Source: Alphaproteobacteria bacterium (GTDB lineage: Bacteria > Pseudomonadota > Alphaproteobacteria > Bin95). Taken from it: a DNA stretch of 64,000 nt. Shown in pieces: positions 51,160 through 62,034 of the stretch (position 1 is its first letter; every line of letters begins with the position of its first letter). The notes under the pieces are model-generated. The model was not told where the DNA came from and did not search any database. It saw only the letters and a list, made by a program, of their open reading frames with translations. The translations under genes and the position numbers were made by a program. The stretch spans positions 288,001 to 352,000 of the forward strand of contig CAXXWS020000002.1 of assembly GCA_963665325.3 (NCBI GenBank). Direction: 5' to 3'.

Positions 51160-52620
51160 GTGGACCGTCGAAAATTTCTAGGCATCGCCGGTAGTGCAAC
51201 CGCAGTCAGCTTGAGTGGCGGGCTGGGCCTGGCGCAGGCGCTTCCCGAGGTCGGCGCCCTGCATCGCCTCCTGGAGGAAACGCCCCGCGAGCGCACCGCC
51301 GCCGAGCTTGCGGCCCTGATCCGGGACGGCCTCGATCATCGCAGGACCCTGACCGCCCTGGCCGTCGCCGCGTCGCGCCGCGTCCGGCCCTTCCCCCATG
51401 TCGGCTTCAAGTACCACACGGTGCTCGCGCTGCAATCCGTCCACCTGACGGCGGTCAACCTGCCGGACAGGGAGCGTTGGCTGCCGGTATTCTGGGCGCT
51501 CGACTATTTCAAGCGCGCCCAGGAGGCGGAGCGCCGCCGGAGCGGCTGGACGATGGGTCCGCCGCCGGCCCCTGCGGTCGGCACGGCGGAGGCGGCCCGG
51601 AAACGCCTGATCGACGCACTGGACCGCTGGGATCTGGAGGCTGTCGATCCGGCTATCCTCGATTTCGCCCGCCTCGCCGCGCCGGGGCAGCTCTCCGAGG
51701 TCCTCTTCAGATACGGCATCCGGGACCTTCGGGCGATCGGCCACAAGACCATCGCGGTGCAGAACGTCCACCGCCTCCTGCCGATCGTCGGGCCCGAATA
51801 TGCGGCCCCCGTGCTTCGCTCGCTCGCCGCGGCGCTCCAGAACCACGGCTACGGCCCGAATCCCGCCACCGGCGACCTGCCTTCCGACCGGACCTGGCGG
51901 GCATTCCAGGCGATGCTGGCAGAAGTCCCGAAGACCTGGAAACAGGGCCGCCAGGACGACGGTGCGCGCAATGAGCTGGTCCGCACGCTGCGCGAGGTCG
52001 AGGAGCTCGACGTGGGCCGGGCGGTGGTCGACCTCCTGAAAGGCGGCGTGTCCACCGACTCGATATGGGAGGCCCTTTTCGCCACGGCTGCGGAGCTGGT
52101 GTTGCGGCGGCCGGCGGTGGTTCCGGTGCATGCCCTGACTTCCGCCAACGCGTTCCACTATGCGTTCCGGCACGCGCGAACCGAAACGACGCAGCTTCTG
52201 GCGCTCTTGCAGTCGGCGGCCTTCATGCCGGCCTTCCGGCGCGGGATCGGCAACAGGCGAGCCGATCTGCGCATCGAGGAGCTGGAGCCTCTCCCGGTCT
52301 CCGGCAGCGGCGCGGAAGCATTGCGCGCGGCATTCTCCGAACTGCCGCAGGACCGCACCTCCGGCGCCCGCAAGGCATTGCACTACCTGCAACGGGACGG
52401 CTCCGCCGACAGGCTCGTCGCCAGCGCCCGCCGGCAACTGGCCCGCAACGGGCGGCGGGCCCATGAATTCAAGTTCACGGAAGCCGCCCTGGAGAACTAC
52501 CGGGAAATGGCGCCCACCGCGTGGCGGGACCGGGTTCTGGCTGCCTCGATGGCATACTTCGTCGGGTCCGCAACGGCGCCGAGCCCCGTCGCCCGGGAAG
52601 CGCTGGAACTGCTCGGTTAG
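51160..52620 (+). CDS. Tat-exported hypothetical protein with repeated His-containing helical motifs
   Basis: GTG start, DRRKFL twin-arginine signal, GFKYHTVL, IGHKTI, VHALTSANAFH, HEFKF. Confidence 0.75.
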   Translation: MDRRKFLGIAGSATAVSLSGGLGLAQALPEVGALHRLLEETPRERTAAELAALIRDGLDHRRTLTALAVAASRRVRPFPHVGFKYHTVLALQSVHLTAVNLPDRERWLPVFWALDYFKRAQEAERRRSGWTMGPPPAPAVGTAEAARKRLIDALDRWDLEAVDPAILDFARLAAPGQLSEVLFRYGIRDLRAIGHKTIAVQNVHRLLPIVGPEYAAPVLRSLAAALQNHGYGPNPATGDLPSDRTWRAFQAMLAEVPKTWKQGRQDDGARNELVRTLREVEELDVGRAVVDLLKGGVSTDSIWEALFATAAELVLRRPAVVPVHALTSANAFHYAFRHARTETTQLLALLQSAAFMPAFRRGIGNRRADLRIEELEPLPVSGSGAEALRAAFSELPQDRTSGARKALHYLQRDGSADRLVASARRQLARNGRRAHEFKFTEAALENYREMAPTAWRDRVLAASMAYFVGSATAPSPVAREALELLG

Positions 52621-52736
52621 CGGCAACTGGCTGCTTCCGGACCGGCGGCGCCGGCATCGGCGGCGGTTTTCCGGGCGCGCTGTCCCTCCCGCCGACTGTG
52701 GACGAAGCGTTCCCGGTGGTGTAGCCAACGGACGCC

Positions 52737-53219
52737 ATGAACCATGACAGCTACACCGACGCCCATCTCAAGGGCGTGCTGGAGAGTGTGCGGACCATCG
52801 CGATGGTGGGTGCCAGCCCCTACTGGAACCGGCCCAGCTATTTCGTGATGAAATACCTCCAGGCGAAGGGCTTTCGCGTGCGCCCCGTCAATCCGGTTGC
52901 CGCCGGTGAGACGATCCTGGGCGAGACCTGCTTCGGCGACCTCGGCGACCTGCCGGAGCCAGTCGACATGGTCGATATCTTCCGGAACTCCGAGGCCGCC
53001 GGCCCGCTTGCCGACCAGGCCGTCGAGATCGACGCGAAGATCGTCTGGATGCAGCTGACCGTCCGCAACGATGCGGCCGCGGAGCGCGCCGAGGCAGCGG
53101 GGCTCACGGTGGTGATGAACCGCTGCCCCAAGATCGAGTATGCCCGCCTCTTCGGCGAGCTTTCCTGGAACGGCTTCAACTCGCGGCGTATCTCGTCCAA
53201 GCGCCGCCGGATCGGGTGA
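52737..53219 (+). CDS. CoA-binding protein (YccU-like)
   Basis: TIAMVGAS, RPSY.V..YL, PVNP, VDIFRNSE, WMQL, MNRCPKIE. Confidence 0.92.
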   Translation: MNHDSYTDAHLKGVLESVRTIAMVGASPYWNRPSYFVMKYLQAKGFRVRPVNPVAAGETILGETCFGDLGDLPEPVDMVDIFRNSEAAGPLADQAVEIDAKIVWMQLTVRNDAAAERAEAAGLTVVMNRCPKIEYARLFGELSWNGFNSRRISSKRRRIG

Positions 53220-53220
53220 C

Positions 53221-54504
53221 ATGACCGACAACGAACCGTCCTTCGGCTTCGAAACGCTCGCCATCCATGCCGGCGCCGGCCCCGACCCGGCCACGGGCGC
53301 GCGCTCCACGCCCATCTACCAGACGACCTCCTATGTGTTCGACGATGTCGATCACGCCGCATCGCTCTTCAACCTCCAGACCTACGGCTTCATCTATTCG
53401 CGCCTGACCAACCCGACGGTCTCGGTGCTTGAGGAACGGGTGGCGGCGCTGGAAGGCGGCAAGGGCGGCACGGCCACGGCGTCGGGCCATGCGGCGCAGA
53501 TGCTGGCGCTCTTCCCGCTCATGCAGCCGGGCTCGCACCTGCTGGCGTCCAACAAGCTCTACGGCGGCTCGGTCACCCAGTTCACGCGCACCTTCGCCAA
53601 GTTCGGCTGGGAGGCCTCGCTGATCGACTTCGACGACCTCGACGGCGTGCGCGCCGCGATACGGCCGGAGACGCGGGTCGTGTTCTGCGAGTCGCTCGCC
53701 AATCCGGGCGGCATCGTCAGCGACCTGGAGGCGCTGGCCGGAATTGCGCATGAGGCGGGCCTGCCGCTGATGGTGGACAACACCATGGCGACGCCGTTCC
53801 TCTGCCGCCCGTTCGAGTGGGGCGCGGACCTCATCGTGCATTCCATGACCAAGTTCCTCTCCGGCCACGGCAACGCCATGGGCGGCATGGTGGTGGACAG
53901 TGGCGGCTTCGACTGGGGGCAGAACGACAAGTTCCCCTCCATGACGGAGCCGGAAGGCGCCTATCACGGCCTGCGCTTCTGGGAGACCTTCGGCGACCTC
54001 GGCTACACGGTGCACTGCCATGCGGTCGGGCTGCGTGACCTCGGCGCTACCATGGCGCCGCTCAACGCCTTCCTCGGCATCACCGGCATCGAGACGCTGC
54101 CGCTGCGCATGGCCCGGCACAGCGAGAACGGGCTGGAAGTGGCGCGCTACCTCTCCAGCCATCCGGCCGTCGCCTGGGTTTCCTATGCGGGGCTGGACGA
54201 CAACCCTTACAAGCCGCTCGCCGACAAGTATCTGGCCGGCTCCGGCGGTTCGGTGTTCACCTTCGGCCTCAAGGGCGGCTACGAGGCGGGGGTGAAGCTG
54301 GTGGAAGGCGTCGAGCTTCTGAGCCATCTCGCCAATATCGGCGACACGCGCTCGCTCATCATCCATCCCCGCTCCACCACCCACCGCCAGCTCTCCGAGG
54401 AGCAGGCCGCCGCGGCCGGCGCGGGCGACGAAGTGGTGCGCCTCTCCGTCGGCCTGGAGACCGCCGCCGACATCGTCGCCGACCTGGAGCAGGCCCTGGG
54501 CTGA
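53221..54504 (+). CDS. metY: O-acetylhomoserine aminocarboxypropyltransferase
   Basis: [46 protein letters not shown]. Confidence 0.9.
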   Translation: MTDNEPSFGFETLAIHAGAGPDPATGARSTPIYQTTSYVFDDVDHAASLFNLQTYGFIYSRLTNPTVSVLEERVAALEGGKGGTATASGHAAQMLALFPLMQPGSHLLASNKLYGGSVTQFTRTFAKFGWEASLIDFDDLDGVRAAIRPETRVVFCESLANPGGIVSDLEALAGIAHEAGLPLMVDNTMATPFLCRPFEWGADLIVHSMTKFLSGHGNAMGGMVVDSGGFDWGQNDKFPSMTEPEGAYHGLRFWETFGDLGYTVHCHAVGLRDLGATMAPLNAFLGITGIETLPLRMARHSENGLEVARYLSSHPAVAWVSYAGLDDNPYKPLADKYLAGSGGSVFTFGLKGGYEAGVKLVEGVELLSHLANIGDTRSLIIHPRSTTHRQLSEEQAAAAGAGDEVVRLSVGLETAADIVADLEQALG

Positions 54505-54913
54505 AGACGGGGCGCTCAACGCAGGCCTCCGCGTTCCGTTGCGCTCCCCTCCCGGCGTGACGGGCCTTCGCCGGGCTTCCCCGGCCGCCGCGCCGAACAT
54601 TACGAATGGTGGGGTTGGCCCCGCCGCTTCCGCTGACGCGAGAACGGCCCCCTGACCGTTCCCTCCGACAAGCTCAGGTAAGGCTGCTGGCGCGATCGCC
54701 ACTCAGGATGAGAGGCCGGAGGCCGCGGATGTCTCGTGGACAACACCGAACCGGCGCAACCGGACGGAGCGGAGACGGGACGCATGACAAACACTTCATG
54801 ACATTTCCCGGGTCCTTCCCTTTCCTGCCCGGCAAGGAGATATACGCAAGCGTCCGCTTGGCCTATATCCCGCTGCCGATACGACATGACCGCATGGAGC
54901 CGGAGACGAGCCT

Positions 54914-56272
54914 GTGACCCTCACCGTCCACAACACGCTGGCGCGCGCCAGGGAGCCTTTCGAGCCGCTCGACCCGGAGCATGTGCGCCTCTATGTGTGT
55001 GGGCCGACGGTCTATGACCTCGCGCATATCGGCAATGCGCGCCCCGTGGTCGTGTTCGACGTGCTCTACCGCCTGCTGAGGCGGCTCTATCCGCGCGTGA
55101 CCTATGTTCGGAACATCACGGATGTGGACGACAAAATAAACGCGCGGGCGGCCGAGACGGGCGAGCCGATAGACCGCATCACCGCGAAGACGACCGAGGC
55201 GTTCCACGCCGACATGGCCGCGCTCGGCACGCTGCCGCCGGATGTCGAGCCGCGTGCGACCGACCATGTCGGGCCGATGATCGAGATGATCGAAAAGCTG
55301 GTCGCGGACGGCCACGCTTACGAGGCGGACGGACATGTGCTCTTCCATGTGCCGTCGATGGCGGATTACGGGCGGCTGTCGCGTCACTCCCGCGAGGAGC
55401 TGATTGCAGGCGCGCGGGTCGATGTGGCGCCCTACAAGCAGGACCCGGCGGACTTCGTGCTCTGGAAGCCGAGTTCCGACGATCTGCCCGGCTGGCCGAG
55501 CCCCTGGGGCCGGGGCCGGCCCGGCTGGCATATCGAATGCTCGGCCATGTCGCGCGCCTACCTGGGCGATGCCTTCGATATTCACGGCGGCGGGGCGGAC
55601 CTGATCTTCCCGCACCACGAGAACGAGCTGGCCCAGAGCGTCTGCGCCCACGGTCCGCCTTTCGTGCGCTACTGGATGCATAACGGCTATCTGGTGGTGA
55701 ACAGGGAGAAGATGTCGAAATCCCTCGGCAATGTGCTGACCGTGCGCGAACTGCTGGCCGACACGCCGGGCGAGGCGGTCCGGCTGGCGCTGCTGCAGGC
55801 GCATTACCGCGCGCCGCTCGACTTCAGCCGCGACTCGCTGACGGAAGCCAAGAGCAGCCTCGACCGACTCTACCGGGCCCTGCGGGACGCCGGCGCGCAT
55901 GAGCCGTGCGAGCCCGTGCCGGCCGTGCTGGAGGCGCTGCTCGACGACCTCAACACGCCGGCCGCCATAGCGGCGTTGCACGAGACCGCGACCGAACTCA
56001 ACCGGTCGGAAGACCCGGATGAAAGGGCGGCGCTGGCCGGCTCGCTGCTCGGTGCGGGCGCGCTGCTGGGCCTGCTCCGGGCCAACCCGGAAGAATGGCT
56101 GCACGGCGCGGGCGAGGATGCGGACGAGATCGAGGCGCTGGTGGCCGAGCGTGTCGCAGCGCGCCGGTCGCGGGACTTCGCGCGGGCGGATGCGATTCGG
56201 GATTCGCTGGCGGCGCGCGGTATCGCGCTCGAGGACGGGCCGGAAGGCACGGCCTGGCGGCGAACGGCCTGA
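54914..56272 (+). CDS. cysS: cysteine--tRNA ligase
   Basis: [35 protein letters not shown]. Confidence 0.97.
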   Translation: MTLTVHNTLARAREPFEPLDPEHVRLYVCGPTVYDLAHIGNARPVVVFDVLYRLLRRLYPRVTYVRNITDVDDKINARAAETGEPIDRITAKTTEAFHADMAALGTLPPDVEPRATDHVGPMIEMIEKLVADGHAYEADGHVLFHVPSMADYGRLSRHSREELIAGARVDVAPYKQDPADFVLWKPSSDDLPGWPSPWGRGRPGWHIECSAMSRAYLGDAFDIHGGGADLIFPHHENELAQSVCAHGPPFVRYWMHNGYLVVNREKMSKSLGNVLTVRELLADTPGEAVRLALLQAHYRAPLDFSRDSLTEAKSSLDRLYRALRDAGAHEPCEPVPAVLEALLDDLNTPAAIAALHETATELNRSEDPDERAALAGSLLGAGALLGLLRANPEEWLHGAGEDADEIEALVAERVAARRSRDFARADAIRDSLAARGIALEDGPEGTAWRRTA

Positions 56273-56283
56273 GGAGGGAAGCG

Positions 56284-56955
56284 ATGCGGTTCCGGCTTCA
56301 CCATGCGGACGGCTCCGACGACATAGAAGTCCCGATCTCCGTCATCGTCATCGCCGGCTGGTCGGGACGCGACCGGGCGGCGGTGCAGGAGCATATCGAC
56401 GAGCTCAGGGAGATCGGCGTCGTGCCGCCCTCGCAGACGCCGCTCTACTACCGGGTGGGCGCGTCGCTCGCCACACAGGCGGAGCGCATCCAAGTGCTGG
56501 GCGAAGGAAGCTCCGGCGAGGCGGAGGCGGTGCTGATCGGCTCGGCAGAGCACGGCATGCTGGTGGCCGTGGGCTCGGATCACACCGACCGGGCGTTCGA
56601 GGCGCAGTCCGTCGCGGTCTCCAAGCAGATGTGCCCGAAGCCGCTCGGGCGAGATGTCTGGCGCTGCACCGATGTCGCCGCCCGCTGGGACAAGCTCAGG
56701 CTGGAAAGCGACATGGACGGCGAGCCCTACCAGCGCGGGACCATGGCGGCGGTGCGCGAGCCGGTGGATCTGATCGCCGACTATTTCTCCGGCTACAAGA
56801 CGGTTCCGCCGGAATTCGCCATGTTCCTCGGCACCATTCCGGCGATCGGCGGTGTGCGCGCCGGCAAGAAGTTCGCGGCCCGCCTCGCCGACGACGAGAC
56901 GGGGCGCGAACTCACGCTCGACTATGAGGCCGTGACGCTGCCGATCGTTTCGTAG
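56284..56955 (+). CDS. DUF2848 family protein
   Basis: IAGWSGRD..V..HI.EL, SSGEAE, GSDHTDR..E, SKQMC.KP. Confidence 0.8.
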   Translation: MRFRLHHADGSDDIEVPISVIVIAGWSGRDRAAVQEHIDELREIGVVPPSQTPLYYRVGASLATQAERIQVLGEGSSGEAEAVLIGSAEHGMLVAVGSDHTDRAFEAQSVAVSKQMCPKPLGRDVWRCTDVAARWDKLRLESDMDGEPYQRGTMAAVREPVDLIADYFSGYKTVPPEFAMFLGTIPAIGGVRAGKKFAARLADDETGRELTLDYEAVTLPIVS

Positions 56956-56967
56956 GGTGCAGCCGGC

Positions 56968-58164
56968 TCAGGCGGTAACGCCGTCGGTCCGGAACCGCGC
57001 AATCTCCTCCGTGTCGTAGCCGAAGGCGGCGAGCACTGCGTCGGTGTGCTGACCCAGCAGGGGCGCCGCCACCGGGACGGCTGTCGGCGTGGCGGAGAGG
57101 CGGACGGGCGAGGCGAGTGCTTCGAAGCGGCCCGCCTTCGGATGATCGACCTCATGCACCATGCCGCGGGCGCGCACTTCCGGCGCGGCGAGCGCTTCGG
57201 CGATGCTTCGCACCGCTCCGGCGGGGACGCCTGACGCACGAAACTTCGCGATCCAGCCGGCGCGGGTATCGGAGGCGAAGATTTCGGCGAGCAGCGCGCG
57301 GTTCGCCTCCCGGTTGGCAAGGCGGGCGGCGTTGTCACGGAAATGCGGGTGGTCGAGCAGTTCGGGCCGTTCGACGACATCGCGGCAGAAGCGCTCCCAT
57401 TGCCGATCGTTGCCGATGACGAGATAGAGCGGCCCGTCTGCGGTCTCGACCACGCCGAACGGCTCCAGGAACGGGTGGTCGTTGCCGTAGCGCCCTGTAT
57501 CCTGGCCGGTGATGAGCGTGACCTGCGCCTGGTTGGCGAGCGAGGCGACCGCACCGTCGAGCAGCGCGATGTCGATGGCCTGTCCCTCGCCGGTGCGTTC
57601 GCGGTGGTAGAGCGCGGCGAGCACGCCCTGCAGCGCATTGTAGCCGCTGAATATGTCGGCATAGGAAATGCCGGTGCGCAGCGGCCCGCCATCGGCCTCG
57701 CCGGTAATCGCCATCATGCCGCCCTCGGCCTGTGCCACGGGATCGTAGCCCGCGACTTCCCGCAAGGGGCTGTCATGGCCGTAGCCCGAGATCGAGCAAT
57801 AGATCAGGCCGGAATTGATCTCGCGGAGGCTCTCGAAATCGAGACCCAGCCTCGCCATCACGCCCGGCCTGAAGTTCTCGACCAGGATATCGGCGCGCGC
57901 CGCGATCCGCCTTGCGATTTCCTGGCCTTCGGGCACCGCTATATTGAGTGCGAGACTCTTCTTGTTGCGGTTGGCGAAGACGAAATAGGCGCTCTCGCCC
58001 GCCAGCTCCTCGCGCACATCGAAGCGCCGCGTGTCATCGCCTCCCTTCGGGTTCTCGATCTTGACGACCTCGGCGCCGAGATCGGCCAGCGCCAGCGTGC
58101 ACCAGGGGCCGGCGAGCACGCGCGTGAAGTCGAGCACCGTGACGCCGGCAAGCGGACCCGTCAT
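56968..58164 (-). CDS. CaiB/BaiF family III CoA-transferase
   Basis: GPLAGVTVLDFTRVLAGP, NRNKKS, ENFRPG, YADIFSG. Confidence 0.93.
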   Translation of the reverse strand: MTGPLAGVTVLDFTRVLAGPWCTLALADLGAEVVKIENPKGGDDTRRFDVREELAGESAYFVFANRNKKSLALNIAVPEGQEIARRIAARADILVENFRPGVMARLGLDFESLREINSGLIYCSISGYGHDSPLREVAGYDPVAQAEGGMMAITGEADGGPLRTGISYADIFSGYNALQGVLAALYHRERTGEGQAIDIALLDGAVASLANQAQVTLITGQDTGRYGNDHPFLEPFGVVETADGPLYLVIGNDRQWERFCRDVVERPELLDHPHFRDNAARLANREANRALLAEIFASDTRAGWIAKFRASGVPAGAVRSIAEALAAPEVRARGMVHEVDHPKAGRFEALASPVRLSATPTAVPVAAPLLGQHTDAVLAAFGYDTEEIARFRTDGVTA

Positions 58165-58200
58165 GGAATACCACCAGTCGTTTCGGGAAGGATCGAAGCC

Positions 58201-59412
58201 TCAGATAATCTTGCGTTCGCGCAGGCATTCGAGCGCAGCCTCGTCGTAGCCCAGCCGGCCCAGGATTTCGGCATTGTGCTCGCCGAGCTTCGGCGCCACG
58301 CCGATCTGCGCCGGCGTCTCCGAGAAGCGCCACGGCGTGCCGTGGACCTTGAGCGTCTCGCCGGCCTCCGGATAGTGCTTTTCGGCGATATATCCGTTTG
58401 CCAGCACATCGGGATCGTTCGAGGCTTCGAGGAGCGTGTTGATCGGCGCGGAGACGATATCCGCCGCGCGCAGCAATTCCACCCAGCGCTCGCGGCTGCC
58501 AGTCGCGAACAACTCCGCCAATGTGGAGAGGATCAGCGTCTTCTTCTCCTCGGACACCAGAGCAAGCCCGAGATCGTCCGCGCCGCGTTCCTCCAGCACT
58601 TCGTAGAAACCGAGCGCTTCCATCGCGCGTTTCCAGTCGCGGTGACCGAGCTGGAAGACGAGCGGCTGCCCGTCGATGTCGTTGAAGCTGGCGGCGATAC
58701 CGGGCCGCTCGCGGGTGCCGTTGATGCGCGTGCCGGTGATCGGGTTGCGGCCGCGCCACATCGTCGTGGTAAGCGTCCAGCCCATCAACCGCACGACGCC
58801 CGCGACCAGAGAAGTTTCGACCTTCTGGCCTACGCCTGTGGTCCGGGCGCAATGCAACGCCGCCAGCAGCCCGCCGAACGCCAGGAGCGCGCAGGACTCG
58901 TCGGCGACCGAGACGATACCGGTCCGCATGGATTCGCCCGGTCCCGCATAGGCTTCCGTCACCCCGCCGAGCGCCTGCCCGACCGCATCCGTGCCCGGCA
59001 GATGGGCATGGGGACCTTCCTGGCCGTATCCGGATATCGAGACATAAACCAGGGCCGGGTTGATGGCCTTGAGTGTTTCGTAGTCGAAGCCGTTCTTCTC
59101 GGCCACGCCCGGCCGAAAGTTCTGGCCGAAGACATCCGCCTCGGCCACGAGCTTGTGCAGGATCGCGCGGCCTTCGTCGGATTTGAGGTTGAGCGTCAGG
59201 CTCTTCACGCCGCGATTATTGGTCTCGAAGAAGGAGCTGACCCCGCCCTTGATCTCGCCGGCCACACGCGAGCTGTCACCGGTGCCGGGCACCTCGATCT
59301 TGATGACCTCCGCTCCCAGGTCGGCCATCAGCATGTAGGGCACCGTGCCTGCCTGCGCGGTCGAGCAGGCGACGGCCTTGACGCCCGCAAGCGGGCCCGG
59401 GCAACCGGTCAT
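58201..59412 (-). CDS. CaiB/BaiF family III CoA-transferase (divergent)
   Basis: GPLAGVK, ADLGAEVIKIE, NFRPG, SGYGQEGP, VAD. Confidence 0.9.
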   Translation of the reverse strand: MTGCPGPLAGVKAVACSTAQAGTVPYMLMADLGAEVIKIEVPGTGDSSRVAGEIKGGVSSFFETNNRGVKSLTLNLKSDEGRAILHKLVAEADVFGQNFRPGVAEKNGFDYETLKAINPALVYVSISGYGQEGPHAHLPGTDAVGQALGGVTEAYAGPGESMRTGIVSVADESCALLAFGGLLAALHCARTTGVGQKVETSLVAGVVRLMGWTLTTTMWRGRNPITGTRINGTRERPGIAASFNDIDGQPLVFQLGHRDWKRAMEALGFYEVLEERGADDLGLALVSEEKKTLILSTLAELFATGSRERWVELLRAADIVSAPINTLLEASNDPDVLANGYIAEKHYPEAGETLKVHGTPWRFSETPAQIGVAPKLGEHNAEILGRLGYDEAALECLRERKII

Positions 59413-59457
59413 GGGAGAAGCTCCTCGTTTGAGTCTTGCACTGCCGAGGCCGGCGGG

Positions 59458-60270
59458 TCAGTCGTCCCCGGCCATGACGGATTCGAGGGTCGGCATCCGG
59501 TACCGGTCCGCGGGATCGTCCCAGCCCTTGAACCTGGGCTTGCGCTTCTCGGCGAAGGCGCGGCGGGATTCCATCCGATCCTCCAGGCAGCCATGCTCGT
59601 GCAGAGCCTCGGCCAGCCGCTCCAGAGGCGGCGACACCTGCGCGCGCATCTGGCGCATCATGTAGAGGGTGTTGACCCGCGAGGCCGGCGGCAGGCTCAG
59701 CAGGTGCTCGGCCATCTCCATCGCCGTCGGCATCAGTTCGTCCGGTTCGACCAGCCGGTTGACGAAGCCCAGTTCGTGGAAGCGCTCGGCCGTGAAGCGG
59801 AACCCGAACGCCATCTCCATCGCGACGGGATAGGGCAGGTTGGCGATGTAGCCGTGGTTGTAGCCACCGAGCAGCCAGCGTTTTGCTTCCGAAATCTCGA
59901 ACAGCGTGCCCTTGACTGCGACGCGCAGATCGGTGCGTTCCACCAGCATGAACCCGCCGCCCATCGCGAAGCCGTTGACGGCGGCAATGACGGGCTTCTG
60001 CAGGGTCCCTTCGGCGAACGGGTCGTCGAGATCGTCATCGGACGAGTCGACGTCGCCGCGCTCGACGGATTCCTTCATGTCTTCACCGGCGCAAAAGCCC
60101 CGGCCGGTCCCGGTCAGGATCGCCACCTCCAGGCCGTCATTGTCCCGGAATTCCGAGAAGGCCTCCGCCATGCCCTGGCGGATCACCCTGCTGAGCGCAT
60201 TCAGACGCTCCGGCCGGTTGAGCCGGACGACCATGGTCTGGCCGTGGATTTCCGTTTCGACAAACGCCAT
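59458..60270 (-). CDS. enoyl-CoA hydratase/isomerase family protein
   Basis: LNRPERLNAL, FCAGEDM, KPVIAAVNG.A.GGG, AFAEKRKP.FKG. Confidence 0.9.
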   Translation of the reverse strand: MAFVETEIHGQTMVVRLNRPERLNALSRVIRQGMAEAFSEFRDNDGLEVAILTGTGRGFCAGEDMKESVERGDVDSSDDDLDDPFAEGTLQKPVIAAVNGFAMGGGFMLVERTDLRVAVKGTLFEISEAKRWLLGGYNHGYIANLPYPVAMEMAFGFRFTAERFHELGFVNRLVEPDELMPTAMEMAEHLLSLPPASRVNTLYMMRQMRAQVSPPLERLAEALHEHGCLEDRMESRRAFAEKRKPRFKGWDDPADRYRMPTLESVMAGDD

Positions 60271-60478
60271 GACTTAGCCTCGCAATGCTGTGGAACGGTC
60301 GGGAGCAGACCGCCCGGAGTTTACCCTCCGAAGAGTCCGAGCGGCAACTTGGCGTCTTCGGCATGCCGTCGAACGCGGCCGCCTGTCGCAATTGCGCGGG
60401 TTCAGGTCGTGCAACTGTCTGGCGTCCCCTGCCTGCTTGGGTTATGTGCGACCGGTTCGGTCCGGGGGGCGTTGCTTC

Positions 60479-61729
60479 ATGGCGCGTTACTCGATCTTTT
60501 CGCTGGCGCGCAATGCGCTGACCGGCCACCGCGACTGGCCGGAGCTCTGGCGCTCGCCGGAGCCGCGGCCGGCTTATGAGGTCGTGATCGTCGGCGGCGG
60601 CGGCCACGGCCTCGCGACGGCCTACTACCTCGCGAAGGAACACGGTGTCACCGACGTCGCAGTGGTGGAAAAGGGCTGGCTGGCGGGCGGCAATATCGCG
60701 CGCAACACCACCATCATCCGCTCCAACTATCTCTGGGACGAAAGCGCCGCGATCTACGAGCACGGGCTGAAGCTCTGGGAGGGCCTCTCCCGCGAGCTCA
60801 ACTTCAATGTGATGCTGCGCCAGCGCGGCGTGTTGAACCTGGCGCATACCGAGCACGACGTCCGGGAGTCGATCCGCCGGGTAAATGCCAACCGGCTGAA
60901 CGGCGTGGACGCCGAATGGCTCGACGCCGAGGGCGTCAAGGCGTTCTGCCCGCCGATCTCGATCTCGCCGTCGGTGCGATACCCGGTCCTCGGCGCGACG
61001 CTGCAACGGCGCGGCGGCGTCGCCCGGCACGACGCCGTTGCCTGGGGCTATGCGCGTGGCGCCGATGCGCAGGGCGTCGATATCGTCCAGCATTGCGAAG
61101 TCACCGGCATCAGGCAGGTGCGCGGGCGCGTTACGGGTGTGGAGACGAGTCGGGGTTTCATCGGCGCGAAGAAAGTCGCGCTGGTTGCGGCCGGCCATTC
61201 CTCGGTGCTGGCGGAGATGGCGGGCCTGCGCCTGCCGGTGGAGAGCCACCCCTTGCAGGCGATGGTCTCCGAGCCGCTGAAACCGGTGCTCGACTGCGTC
61301 GTGATGTCGAACGCCGTGCATGTCTATATCAGCCAGTCGGACAAGGGCGAGCTGGTGCTGGGCGCCGGCATCGACGCCTTCAACAGCTACGGCCAGCGCG
61401 GCGGGCTGCATGTGCTGGAAGACCAACTTGCGGCGCTGATGCAGCTGTTCCCCGCTTTCAGCCGGGTGCGCCTGCTCAGAAGCTGGGGTGGCATTGTCGA
61501 TGTCTGCCCCGACGCCTCGCCCATCGTCTCGAAAACGCCGGTCGAGGGCCTCTACATCAATTGCGGCTGGGGCACGGGCGGCTTCAAGGCGACTCCAAGC
61601 TCGGGATGGACGTTTGCGCACACGGTCGCGCGCGACGAGCCGCATCCGCTGAACGCGCCTTTCGCCTTCGACCGCTTCACTTCCGGCGCGCTGATCGACG
61701 AGCACGGCGCAGCCGCTGTCGCGCATTAG
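60479..61729 (+). CDS. soxB: sarcosine oxidase subunit beta
   Basis: [51 protein letters not shown]. Confidence 0.96.
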   Translation: MARYSIFSLARNALTGHRDWPELWRSPEPRPAYEVVIVGGGGHGLATAYYLAKEHGVTDVAVVEKGWLAGGNIARNTTIIRSNYLWDESAAIYEHGLKLWEGLSRELNFNVMLRQRGVLNLAHTEHDVRESIRRVNANRLNGVDAEWLDAEGVKAFCPPISISPSVRYPVLGATLQRRGGVARHDAVAWGYARGADAQGVDIVQHCEVTGIRQVRGRVTGVETSRGFIGAKKVALVAAGHSSVLAEMAGLRLPVESHPLQAMVSEPLKPVLDCVVMSNAVHVYISQSDKGELVLGAGIDAFNSYGQRGGLHVLEDQLAALMQLFPAFSRVRLLRSWGGIVDVCPDASPIVSKTPVEGLYINCGWGTGGFKATPSSGWTFAHTVARDEPHPLNAPFAFDRFTSGALIDEHGAAAVAH

Positions 61730-61743
61730 GGAAGGGGCCGGCC

Positions 61744-62034
61744 ATGATGAGCATTGAATGTCCCTGGTGCGGACCTCGCGACGAGACCGAGTTCCACTAT
61801 GGCGGCGAGGCACACATAGCGCGGCCCGTCGACCCGGACGCGCTTACGGACGAGGCCTGGGCGGACTACCTGTTCATGCGCGCCAACCCCAAGGGCATCC
61901 ATGCCGAGCGCTGGATGCACGCCCAGGGCTGCCGGCGCTGGTTCAACGCGCTGCGCCATACCGCCAGCCACGACTTCGCGGCGGTCTATCCGATGGGGGC
62001 GTCCCGGCCCGAATTGCCGGAGACGGAGACGTGA
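61744..62034 (+). CDS. soxD: sarcosine oxidase subunit delta
   Basis: CPWCGPRDE.EF.YGG, NPKG...E.W.H..GC.RWF. Confidence 0.94.
   Translation: MMSIECPWCGPRDETEFHYGGEAHIARPVDPDALTDEAWADYLFMRANPKGIHAERWMHAQGCRRWFNALRHTASHDFAAVYPMGASRPELPETET

Noticed and set aside
57343-60579. 1078-aa plus-strand ORF
   Set aside because: Antisense shadow of two CoA-transferase genes and the enoyl-CoA hydratase gene in high-GC DNA, with no recognisable motifs.
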